DNA from: Eledone cirrhosa
Lineage: Eukaryota
Reading direction: 5' to 3'
DNA: 64,000 nucleotides
Assembly (NCBI GenBank): GCA_964016885.1
Contig: OZ024741.1
Coordinates: 94,302,001-94,366,000, forward strand
Made by a program: the position numbers and the translations under genes. Within the stretch, counting starts at the first letter, position 1, and each line of letters begins with the position of its first letter. Shown one piece after another: positions 14,434-23,799 of the stretch. The notes beneath the pieces are model-generated. The model did not search any database, was not told where the DNA came from, and saw only the letters and a program-made list of their open reading frames with translations.

Positions 14434-14531
14434 GGTGTCCCTCCAAAATGTATACACACTTTGATTACCTGTACAAGCATAATTTATTAGAATGCTGTTG
14501 AAGTATGTATACGTTTTTGGGGGACGCCCTG
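14431..14531. mobile_element. Tc1/mariner-type MITE (101 bp)
   Basis: TA-CAGGGTGTCCCTCCAAAATGTATACA ... TGTATACGTTTTTGGGGGACGCCCTG-TA; a partial second copy lies at 18591-18664. Confidence 0.85.
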
Positions 14532-15072
14532 TATATTACTCTCGCGAAGTGTCAAAATATAGTGCAGGTAGGTGACTGAGGGGACTTGACAGAAATAGTT
14601 TGAAAATGTTTCCATTAGTTAAAAGGAATTAGATCTATTCGACATAAAGCTAGTTTAATAGGATCTCGTGAAATGGAATTTTAAAGTCATTAATTAATTC
14701 TTAATGTCTAATAATCTTTATCAATGTCAAATAAGAAAAAAATACATGTTCCCAAGGCAACCACTCTGGTCTCGCTTTTTGTTTTCTTATCTGCAACATG
14801 TCAGTTGATTTTTAAAAGGTCAGCATTGCTTGTTTACATTGGCTTGCAGAGACGTCAGTAGAAACTAGTCGATAACATATCAGTGTTGTCTAGCTCAAAG
14901 AAATTATTTTTATCTATTCCAAGTTAACACTTTCACGGAAAATATCACTTTACTAGAATTATATGAAGAGGGATTATTACAAAATGATAGATTATTGGAC
15001 AACAAAGTATTAATAGGATTAATAACACATCTTTATGCTATTGTGTTTAATGTTGCATATGTATTACGTAAA

Positions 15073-15185
15073 GTGGCGGTGAATAGGCAGAGTTGTTAGA
15101 ACGTCAGATAGAATGCTTTGCGATATTTGTTCCGTCTCTCTGCTCTCTGAGTTCAAATCCCACTGAGGTCAACTCTGCCTTTCAG
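15073..15185 (+). mobile_element. Old SINE A-related head fragment
   Basis: ggcagagttgttaga (A-box-like) and ctgagttcaaatccc (B box), then gaggtcaactctgcctttca. Confidence 0.65.
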
Positions 15186-16184
15186 TCTTGAGCTTTTAGG
15201 TACCCAGAGCTGCAAGTCATTAATGTAACCATCACATGCTTTGATTGTGGTAACACAACATATTCGTCACAGAAGGCCAATATAAAGTTTAAATTAAACT
15301 TCCTCTATATTTTCTTCTTACTTTCTTTCTGTCTCCCTCCCTCACCCTCTCTCTGTATGCCCCCCCCTCTTTCTCTCTCTCTTCCCCCCTCTCTCTCTGG
15401 AAGAAATCTGTTGCACCCAGAAGGGGTGAGGGGATGAGATTCATCAGGTTTTTAAAAAATGCCGAAGACACGCAGTATGTCACTAAGGCGTTGCTACGAC
15501 TCCTTCAGGAATTACAGTTCTATACACACGTGTATTATGTATCACAGTTTCGATGAATAAACTCTCTATCATCTTCACGTGTTATATTTATTTGGTTTAG
15601 ATAGAGAATTAGTAAAGGAAAAGCAGTGAAATGTCTTTAAATATTGTTTTTCATTTTCAATCCCTCTGGTTTCATTCATCTAATTTTTAATTAAATTTGC
15701 ACTTAAAATAACTAGAAATTTTGCTGATTTGCGACCCATAAACAATGATAGATATTAGAAATGATTGACTGTGGTGGTAAAAAGCTCCAAATAATAACAG
15801 AAATTATCAATTCGCAAGTTCTACACATTGGCCCATATAACATATAACTCTTAAATAAGGCGAATCGATTGAATTGTGTCATATTAAAATAGTTTAAATT
15901 ATTATTTCATCTTGGAAAATTACAACAGTCTGTTATATTACAGCTCTTGTAAATTTCGTGTAAAATGTCTGTGACGTCGTCTGTCACACAAGAGGTGTTA
16001 ACAGTGCGCGTGCATGTGTGTGAAAGAGAGAAGTAGTGGTGGTGGTAACAATGGTCCTAGACCATTATATCATTTGTCTGTAAATGTATAACATTTAAAA
16101 TGCGATATTGATCTTTAATATTTGGTGGTGGTTTCGAAATAAAACTGTAAAATTTCCACGGGACCTATTAGTTATTAATAATAA

Positions 16185-16402
16185 TTTCTGATTTAGGCAC
16201 AAAGTAAACCATTTGAAAGATTGAGGGAGGGGGCAGTTGATTATAGTGACTTCAGTACTTGACTGGTTCTTTATTTCATCATCCCTAGAAGGATGGAGGG
16301 CAAAAGTTGAGCTTTGCAGGTTTTGATCTCAGAGTGTAAAAGGCCTTAACTAAATCCTGCAAGGCATTTTTTCGACACTCTAAAGATTCTGCCAATTCAT
16401 CA
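16185..16402 (-). mobile_element. Old SINE A-related copy
   Basis: Diverged match to ggcacaa...gactggtactttattt...aggatgaaaggcaaagt...tttgaactcaga. Confidence 0.65.
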
Positions 16403-16573
16403 TCTAACAACCAGAATATTTCTCTACGGGAGAATAAATGTAGAATACATTATTTACTGGAACGAAGTATTTGATGGGAGTTTCTAAACGCAGTTATAGC
16501 ATCCTTACTGTAAAGTTTATTGTCCTGAAATTTAGAACTGAAAAACAAATTTCAAAGTTCCCAATCAGAGATG

Positions 16574-16768
16574 CAGACCTGCCAACCTCTAAAAACCCAA
16601 ATGGAGAGTATCATGAAAAACATTCCCCAAAACGGGGAGAAATGAGGCAAAAATGGGAAGATTTTACATAATGAAAGCTATACCCATTTTCACAAGAGAA
16701 GACATCTCTCTCCCACCCCAAAGTAGGTGGGAGATTTCCCCTTCGGACGGGGATAATTGACAGGTCTG
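16574..16768. mobile_element. Non-autonomous DNA transposon (195 bp) with a 6-bp target duplication
   Basis: TIRs CAGACCTGCCAA / TTGACAGGTCTG flanked by GAGATG on both sides (16568-16573 and 16769-16774); a second copy lies at 43939-44112. Confidence 0.8.
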
Positions 16769-17380
16769 GAGATGTGATTCCTTCAATGAGGAAGTCGAGT
16801 GATTTACTAGACGATGCTTCATCGTTGGCTAGATTCACGTGACAAATCTTAAGCATCAAGAAGTAAAATGTCCTTCAAGTTAGAGAATGTAACATATGGA
16901 GCTGGAAGTACGGTGAATAGTGGGGCTGTTCTAGAAAGGTAAACAAGATAACAAATACACTGAGAGAAGTTATGGATAAAACAAAAATACACTGAGATAG
17001 TAATGATTTTAAAAATACCTAACAACAACGAATATCAATCATTTATTATGAGGAATACAGGTGGTTATGACATGTAAGAAGTATCGGAGAGCAGAATTAC
17101 ATTTAACTATCTCATCTAACATATTTATATTAATATCGTCTGAACAGAAAAGCAGCGAGCAGAAAGGATGTAAGGAGCTTCAGTTTCTAATATGTTGTCT
17201 GTTGTAGTACATCGTGAACTGACCGAACTACTTGAATTATAAAAGGTGTTTACTTAAACAATCTATTATATAACAACAGATAAAGCAGAATGTTTTTTTC
17301 TGCATGGGAATACAATGACTTTTTCTTCAAATATAATCCTATTCACATCTAGGATGGATTACAGGAATATAAATTAACAG

Positions 17381-17422
<42 letters not shown>

Positions 17423-17433
17423 GCAAGCGAAGG

Positions 17434-17490
17434 GAGGGACCGTCCTGACGAAGGCCAGTCAGGCCTGAGATGCAAAGACGGTTGTCCCTC
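17434..17490 (+). ncRNA. Degenerate hammerhead ribozyme fold
   Basis: gagggACCGTC-CTGACGA-AGGCC agtca GGCCT-GAGA-TGCA-AA-GACGGTtgtccctc. Stems are strong, but GAAA is GAGA and the cleavage triplet is altered. Confidence 0.6.
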
Positions 17491-17628
17491 TTGCTTCTGC
17501 TGGACACCAGCAGAGGGCGTTAGCCCCGGTGTTTGCATAGCTACGGCTTCCTAAAACCGTATTTCTTTAGAAATACGAAATTTCTATACATATTGTATAA
17601 AGCTATGCTTGAAGCGAAATCTTATTTC

Positions 17629-17661
<33 letters not shown>

Positions 17662-17760
17662 GGTAAGTTATTCCGCGTTGAATCGGTAACCACAGTAAGT
17701 AAGGTACTCAATACATAGCAGAGTATAAAGTTTTAATATAGATGAGATTCTACAGGACTA

Positions 17761-17790
17761 GAACTGTTTCTTTCTTTAGAAGTCATCAGG
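17761..17790 (-). ncRNA. Partial hammerhead core
   Basis: Minus strand reads CTGATGA-cTTC taaa GAAa-GAAACAGTTC; the 5' strand of stem I is lost at a junction with a piece of the ~160-bp element (17790-17855). Confidence 0.35.
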
Positions 17791-17852
17791 AGATTAAAGT
17801 TTAAGCAAAGAATCGCTGCTTTCACCCTTATTTTAGTCTTCACAGTTATTAT

Positions 17853-17888
<36 letters not shown>

Positions 17889-17989
17889 GGAGTGTAACGC
17901 GGAGTTACTGTAGAATCACCCAGGTGAGCACCTGATGTTTAGGTTCATGTCAGTATCGCGGTGTAGAGCTAGACAGAATGTTATATAAT

Positions 17990-18140
17990 AATGATTTCTA
18001 GTACAGGCACAAGGCTAGTAATTTGGGGGAGGGGGAGATCGATTAAATCGATCCCAGTGAGTAACTGGTACTTTATTTGATCGACCCCGTAAGGATGAAA
18101 GGCAAAGTTAAGCTCGGCGGGATTTGAACTCAAGAGTGTA
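17990..18140 (-). mobile_element. SINE family A (long-tail variant), head truncated
   Basis: ggcacaagg...gggggag..tcgattaaatcga...ggtactttattt..tcgaccccgtaaggatgaaaggcaaagt...gatttgaactc. Confidence 0.85.
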
Positions 18141-18149
18141 GTATAATAA

Positions 18150-18350
18150 TACAAGAACGAATGGTTATTCCTTCATTACGTTTAATGGCTGGTGACGCGC
18201 GTTTCGCTGCTGATCAACTCAAGGTTCGATCTGTATCGATCTAGCCCGACTCTGGAATCAAAAGCTCGTCGGACCTCCGTGGTAGTAATGACAGAATTAA
18301 ACGCGCATCACTAACCAATAAACGTAATGAAGGAGTAACCATTCGTCCTT

Positions 18351-18353
<3 letters not shown>
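18150..18353. mobile_element. Fold-back element (~55-bp inverted arms) enclosing a variant HHR; PLE inverted pseudo-LTR-like
   Basis: 18150-18204 is the reverse complement of 18299-18353 with a few mismatches. Confidence 0.75.
18191..18275 (-). ncRNA. Variant hammerhead ribozyme fold (CCGACGA core, 60-nt stem II)
   Basis: Minus strand reads GGT-CCGACGA-GCTtTTGATT...GATCAGcAGC-GAAAC GCGC GTC-ACC; palindromic stem III ACGCGCGT and a GUC site. Confidence 0.7.
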
Positions 18354-18384
<31 letters not shown>

Positions 18385-18390
<6 letters not shown>

Positions 18391-18533
18391 TAACAGATTA
18401 AAGTTTAAGCAAAGAATCGCTGCTTTCACCCTTAACGGGATCTTCTGAAACTAAATATTTGCTCTTCGGTTCTTATATATCTGATATATATTTTCCTTAT
18501 CGAGCCCTCTTTGGATTTTAGTCTTCAATTTTA

Positions 18534-18545
<12 letters not shown>
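18385..18545 (-). mobile_element. ~160-bp HHR-bearing short element, best copy, flanked by (TA)n
   Basis: Pieces recur at 398-563, 1953-2320, 8308-8385 and 17790-17855. Confidence 0.75.
18402..18452 (-). ncRNA. Variant hammerhead ribozyme fold (CAGAAGA core)
   Basis: Minus strand reads AGTTT-CAGAAGA-tCCC gttaa GGGt-GAAAGCA gcgattctt TGCT-T-AAACT; all three stems close in register. Confidence 0.6.
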
Positions 18546-18583
<38 letters not shown>

Positions 18584-18590
18584 TATATAA

Positions 18591-18664
18591 AGACTTTAAC
18601 AGCATTCTAATAAATATTGCCTCTGCAGGTAATTAATGTGTGTATACATTTTTGTGACACCCTG
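18591..18664 (-). mobile_element. Partial copy of the 101-bp MITE
   Basis: Reverse complement matches 14431-14505; ends CACCCTG-TA. Confidence 0.75.
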
Positions 18665-19001
18665 TATATATATGTCAGCCAGATTTATATTTATATCTGT
18701 AGTAATTTACAGTTGAGAAGAATATGTTTATTTTGTGAGAAGGGAATTGTATTTTATTACATATTTAAAGTGATTTACTTTAAATTTTATATTGGCGCCT
18801 ACCGTAAGGAATATGTTGTGTCACCACAAATAAAAGCATGTGACGGCCACATTTATGACTGGCAACTCTGGGTAACTGAAAACTCAGGATGCTAACTTCA
18901 ACAGGTCAGGGAAAAACATTTTCCTGCCAGCATACAATCTTCCCCCAGAAAATTTCTAACAAATATATCACGCACACACACACATACACACACACACACC
19001 T

Positions 19002-19076
<75 letters not shown>

Positions 19077-19294
19077 CAACGCTGAGCCGAGCCATTTCCA
19101 CTGGAGTTCTACAAGAGTTTGCAATGTCATTCCTAAAAAAACAATAACTTGCTGGATTCAATTCGAAACGGCCAGGCTCACCGTTGGAATGTTACTGCTT
19201 CACTATACCTATTCTACATATCATCATGCATCGAGTAATACGCTTATGTGTACACTTCTCGGTCCTTTACCATGAAAAATGCATACATACATAC

Positions 19295-20219
19295 ACCAAG
19301 GGAAATTGCCCAGCAGTACCGCAGCGAATCCATGGATGAAAAACTGCATGCTTATCAGCAAAAATTCATGCATGGATATGTTGCCAGGAAGCTCCAGAGT
19401 GAGAGTAATATAGATAAACAAAGTAGTCTATATTGACTCCCACTTTGAAATCAACACAAAATACTTGATTCACAAAAGAGATAGGGATGCAGGCAAAGCA
19501 CCTAGATGTGACAACAAGTGCAGACTCAGAATTAACATCGAAGATGTCACGCATTTCAAAAGCAGCTGTTCAAAGATGTTATCACGGTACTATCAATCCA
19601 TGAGGCATGATGTAGTGGGCAAAACACTCTACAATGCAATCCGTAGAAAAGATAGGCCTGACAATAAACACATTAAAAGTTACAGCAATGTGGAAAACAT
19701 CCAGATACATAATATGAAAGAGTACTGTTGGAATGTTCCAGTAAAAACCCCAATAAAATGCAAGCATAACAGACCAGATATATACCTTCAGATTTATACC
19801 TGTGATTATTGGAGCACTGGGATATGTTAGTAACTGCCTCAGTACAAATCTTGAGAACCTGGGCTTCACAGAAACAAAACGAACACGACTAGTTAGGAAA
19901 TTACAAGTACAATCCATTAATGGAACAGTAAAAATATGTAAAACATTCCAAAAACTTTGCTGCATCTAATAACTGCATATACACATGTTCAGATACATGC
20001 ACACATATAACTCAAAACATCCACCTCCACACATACAATAACATCCATACCTGCACACACATGCATGCATGCAGACATGCATGTATATCTGCCTAGTTGA
20101 TGTTGTGTAAATTCCAATATGAGTCTTGTGTCTATGTTATAAACCGACTCTTTATCTCTATTGATAAAAATTTGTGAAATTATAAAACCAGAAGAGCATA
20201 CATACATACAAAAAAAAAA
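19295..20219 (+). mobile_element. Internally deleted 3' copy of the restriction-like-endonuclease LINE at 60300-61838
   Basis: Colinear high identity with 60760-61835 (RHD motif, KHNRPD, 3' UTR, (CATA)n tail) with several deletions. Confidence 0.9.
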
Positions 20220-20439
20220 CTTTCTATTAGATGTATCTTATTAACCTCCATCAGTAAGCTCTCAAAGGTGTTAACATATACAACTCTGGTTGACATTAAC
20301 AGAGGCAAGATTGATCCCCCAAAACAAAGAGACCCATTTGACAAAAAACTACCAACCTATTGCATGCCAGAACCTAATGTATAAAATGAGATGAGCAAGT
20401 TGATGGAAAGAAACAAGTTTGGGAGTGTGCTGAGCAGAA

Positions 20440-20685
20440 GCAACCATCTCCAACATATCCGGCTGAATCCCCACCGGGACCAGCCAAACTCATGGATGTT
20501 ATCCAACCATTTTGCTTGGGGTCTACCCCTGGGTCTCCTGCCGATTGATTTTGTCCAGTGGTTCTTTCCTCAGACATTCTAATCACATGGCCATATTATC
20601 GGAGCTGTTATCCCTCAATTCAGAGAATGATCAGCTCTACCTGGAGTAACTCTTTGATCTCCGTGTTACGCACTTTATCGAGTAA
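20440..20685 (-). mobile_element. RTE-clade LINE 3' fragment, decayed
   Basis: Reverse complement homologous to 13190-13425 (ttggataacatccatgagtttggctggtc). Confidence 0.7.
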
Positions 20686-20955
20686 TGTTACTCTGGCTTC
20701 TTCCTAGTCCATTGAGCGCTTGCCGGCATATCTCGAAAATTATATATTCGACCTGTTTATATTTAACGTTGTAAATATGGCCACATATATTTGGTCGCTT
20801 TTCTTGGTGTCATACTTTCTTAACTTTGTGTTTACTCTGGACGAAAATGTATTAACCTTTCGTACCATTAAGTGCTTTGTGGCTGCCTCAAACAATTTGG
20901 TTTGTATCTGCTACACTGCGGGTACAACTTTGATATATATCTATTATTATTAGAT

Positions 20956-21140
20956 ATTGGCATTATCGGTAGAGGGTCGGACGCCATGCTTTGACGCATA
21001 GAGTTACGGCCCTTGTCATTCCGAGTTCAAATCCCGCCGAGGTTAACTTTGCCTTTCATCCTTATGGGGTCGATAAAATAAAGTACCAGTAATACACTGG
21101 TTAATTGCTGGCCTTGTGCCCAAAGTAGAAACAATTATTA
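20956..21140 (+). mobile_element. SINE family A, full length
   Basis: A box TGGCATTATCGG, B box GAGTTCAAATCC, central gcctttcatcct..ggggtcgataaaataaagtaccag, tail ggccttgtgcc.aaagtagaaac(aat)n. Confidence 0.9.
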
Positions 21141-21217
21141 TATATATATAATTCAAATTCAACAGATATATTTAGAGAGATAGAAAGAGTCAGATATTAT
21201 TTGACAAACAGTATTTT

Positions 21218-21400
21218 GGTGGATTGGCAGTATCGGTAGAGGGTCGGGCGCCATGCTTTCAAGCATAGTTACGTCCCTTTATGATCTGAGTTCAAATCCT
21301 GCCGAGGTTGACTTTGCCTTTCATCCTTACGGGGTCGATAAAATAAAGTACCAGTAATGCACTGGGTAATTGCTGGCCTTGTGCCTAAAGTAGAAACAAG
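21218..21400 (+). mobile_element. SINE family A, full length
   Basis: Same A box, B box, central domain and tail as 20956-21140. Confidence 0.9.
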
Positions 21401-21601
21401 TATTTTGTACACATATATAATACAAATAATATTCAGGAAAACATTCATTTATATATGTGTACAAAATACTTTGTGTTTCTCAAATGATCTATGACTCTTT
21501 CTCTCTCTAAATATATATTCTAAATTTGAACTAAGATCCATTGAGTTTATTTAATGAGTAGCATGGTCATCATACATATTAAATATGTTTTGATATCTTA
21601 A

Positions 21602-21657
<56 letters not shown>

Positions 21658-21771
21658 GTTAGAATATGTGTAATAAGGCCAAGACAATGCAGGTATGGAC
21701 ATAGAAAAAAGAATGCAATAGTGAAAGATATTGATGTGAATTCGTCTTTCACCTTGAATTTATTTAAATGT

Positions 21772-21806
21772 CCTTAATTTTCGAGATAATATCTCTTCTT
21801 CGGAGG
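21772..21806 (-). ncRNA. Minimal hammerhead-like fold (CCGAAGA core)
   Basis: Minus strand reads CCT-CCGAAGA-a-GAGAT att ATCTC-GAAAATTA-AGG, with AATAAA a few bases later. Confidence 0.45.
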
Positions 21807-21870
21807 GAAGTAAAGGTCTCAAACCAGCGTCTTAAATCTCTAAATGCTTCAAGTGAACTATAACCTCCTC

Positions 21871-21901
<31 letters not shown>

Positions 21902-21964
21902 AGGAGTTGACGGACCCACCATATTTATCAATGCCAGGACCGGTTGTATCTGATCGTACTCATA

Positions 21965-22246
21965 TATCTATCTATCTCTATCTAAGGCGGGTAAAATTCC
22001 CGAGATCCATGGACGAGTTCTCTCCAGCGGTCTCTGTCCCTCATTATCGCTGCCATGTCCTGCATCTCCAACAGACCAGTGTCTGTCCTTAGGGCATCAA
22101 CATACGTTAACCTTGGTCTTCCTCTTCTAGTGTGTCCATGTAGGGTCTCCCAAAGGAGTACTGAGTGCAATGTCAACTCTGGATGTCGGTGAGCATGTCC
22201 AGCTAACCTCAGTCTCCTCTGTGTCACTTTTGAGCTGACTTTTGGG
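21965..22246 (-). mobile_element. RTE-clade LINE 3' end with (TAGA)n tail
   Basis: RRLRLAGHAHR...GHTRRGRPRLTYVD...DRDRWRELV is a typical RTE C-terminus. Confidence 0.88.
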
Positions 22247-22261
22247 ATATATATATATATA

Positions 22262-22420
22262 TTAGTAAAAGGAAAAGAAAATGGTGACAAATTTTTCCCA
22301 GTAAAAAATAGTTTAATTAGGAATAAGTAAACTTTTACCGGTTGCGCATTTCTAATGGTTTTCAAAAATAATTTTGAGATAGAGCGCCCGTGATGTTTGC
22401 TCTAATCTGATCAGTTTTGG

Positions 22421-22424
<4 letters not shown>
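22262..22424. repeat. Dispersed repeat, end of an unclassified element
   Basis: Near identical to 55627-55827 apart from a ~45-bp indel; both abut (TA)n. Confidence 0.7.
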
Positions 22425-22487
<63 letters not shown>

Positions 22488-22498
22488 CATATATATAT

Positions 22499-22505
22499 AC
22501 TACGG

Positions 22506-22547
<42 letters not shown>

Positions 22548-22548
22548 T
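22499..22548. repeat. (TAC)n microsatellite, preceded by (TA)n and (GATA)n
   Basis: Direct reading. Confidence 0.9.
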
Positions 22549-22956
22549 CTTTGATATGATTTTATCATGCCCATCACCCCAACTAGTACCAATACCCTAC
22601 GTCCCACGCTGTTACTATTGATAGAATTACCACCTTCCTCTCCTCCCCCAATTCTTCTCTACCGCCCCTTCAACAATTACTCCGACGTAATTATCACCCC
22701 CCCCCCCGTGACCATTGCAACCATCATTACTTCATTATCATCACTACCATTCCTACCACTATCATCATGACCCATCCTCACCTCATCGGGATTATCATGA
22801 TCATCATCTATCTTCACCACCATCAACGTCATCATAATTACCCCAACCATCACCATCATCATCATCATCACTGGAATCATGTTCCTTATCACGATCATCA
22901 TACTATTATCTTCATTATCATCATCATCATCATCATCATTATTATTATCATGGTGA

Positions 22957-23142
22957 TGGATTGCCATTATCGGTAGAGTGTCAGAAACCATGCTTTTCAG
23001 CATAGAGTTATGGCCCTTAACGTTCTGAGTTCAAATCCCGCCGAGATTAACTTTGCCTTTCATCCTTACAGGGGTCGATAAAATAAAGTACCAGTGATGT
23101 ACTGGGATAATTGCTGGCCTTATGCCAAAAGTATAAACAATT
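22957..23142 (+). mobile_element. SINE family A
   Basis: B box GAGTTCAAATCC, central domain and tail. Confidence 0.9.
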
Positions 23143-23145
23143 GTA

Positions 23146-23236
<91 letters not shown>

Positions 23237-23728
23237 GCAAGTTTGAAGAATTATTAGATAAAATATACCCAGACTTTCCTCCCCCTAGTCAGTAGAAATC
23301 AACAAGATAATAATCATTTAAACGAGGCTATAAGTTTAAAATGTAACTATGAAGAAATAATAGACAAATGATACAGACTATTTTCCGCGAGGAACAGTCA
23401 GATAAAATGTATCTAGTCATTCCTTTTAGCCCCTAGAAATTGACTAGACAAATAATCAACTAAACGGACCTAGGTCTAAAATATAAGTTAGAACAAAAAG
23501 TGCATTTTGGTAAAGTTTATACGCACTTTTTCTTCTAAACAGCGGGAGGGGAAAAGAGATAGATAGGCCGTTCGACAGAGAGAGATACAATTAAGTGTTA
23601 GTTATTCAGAGAGAGAGAGAGAGAGAGAGTCGGAAGGAAAATGTGACACGAGAGGGTGTGTGGTATCTTTGCAGTGGAGTGGTGGGGGCAGGTATACCTA
23701 GCCGGAAGCCAGCCGGACGGGTCATCTA

Positions 23729-23770
<42 letters not shown>

Positions 23771-23799
23771 TAGAACAGGTAAAAGAGTAAAAGAGTAAT

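Noticed and set aside
18150-18353. Classification as an ordinary MITE
   Set aside because: One arm overlaps the hammerhead 3' half and its downstream poly-A-like signal, so an inverted pseudo-LTR fits better.
20956-21040. tRNA genes at A/B-box motifs
   Set aside because: These are SINE heads without a cloverleaf, followed by SINE body and tail.
23368-23410. Minus-strand CTGACTG...GGAAAATAGTC motif
   Set aside because: It is better explained as a simple hairpin; the core is not CUGAnGA.
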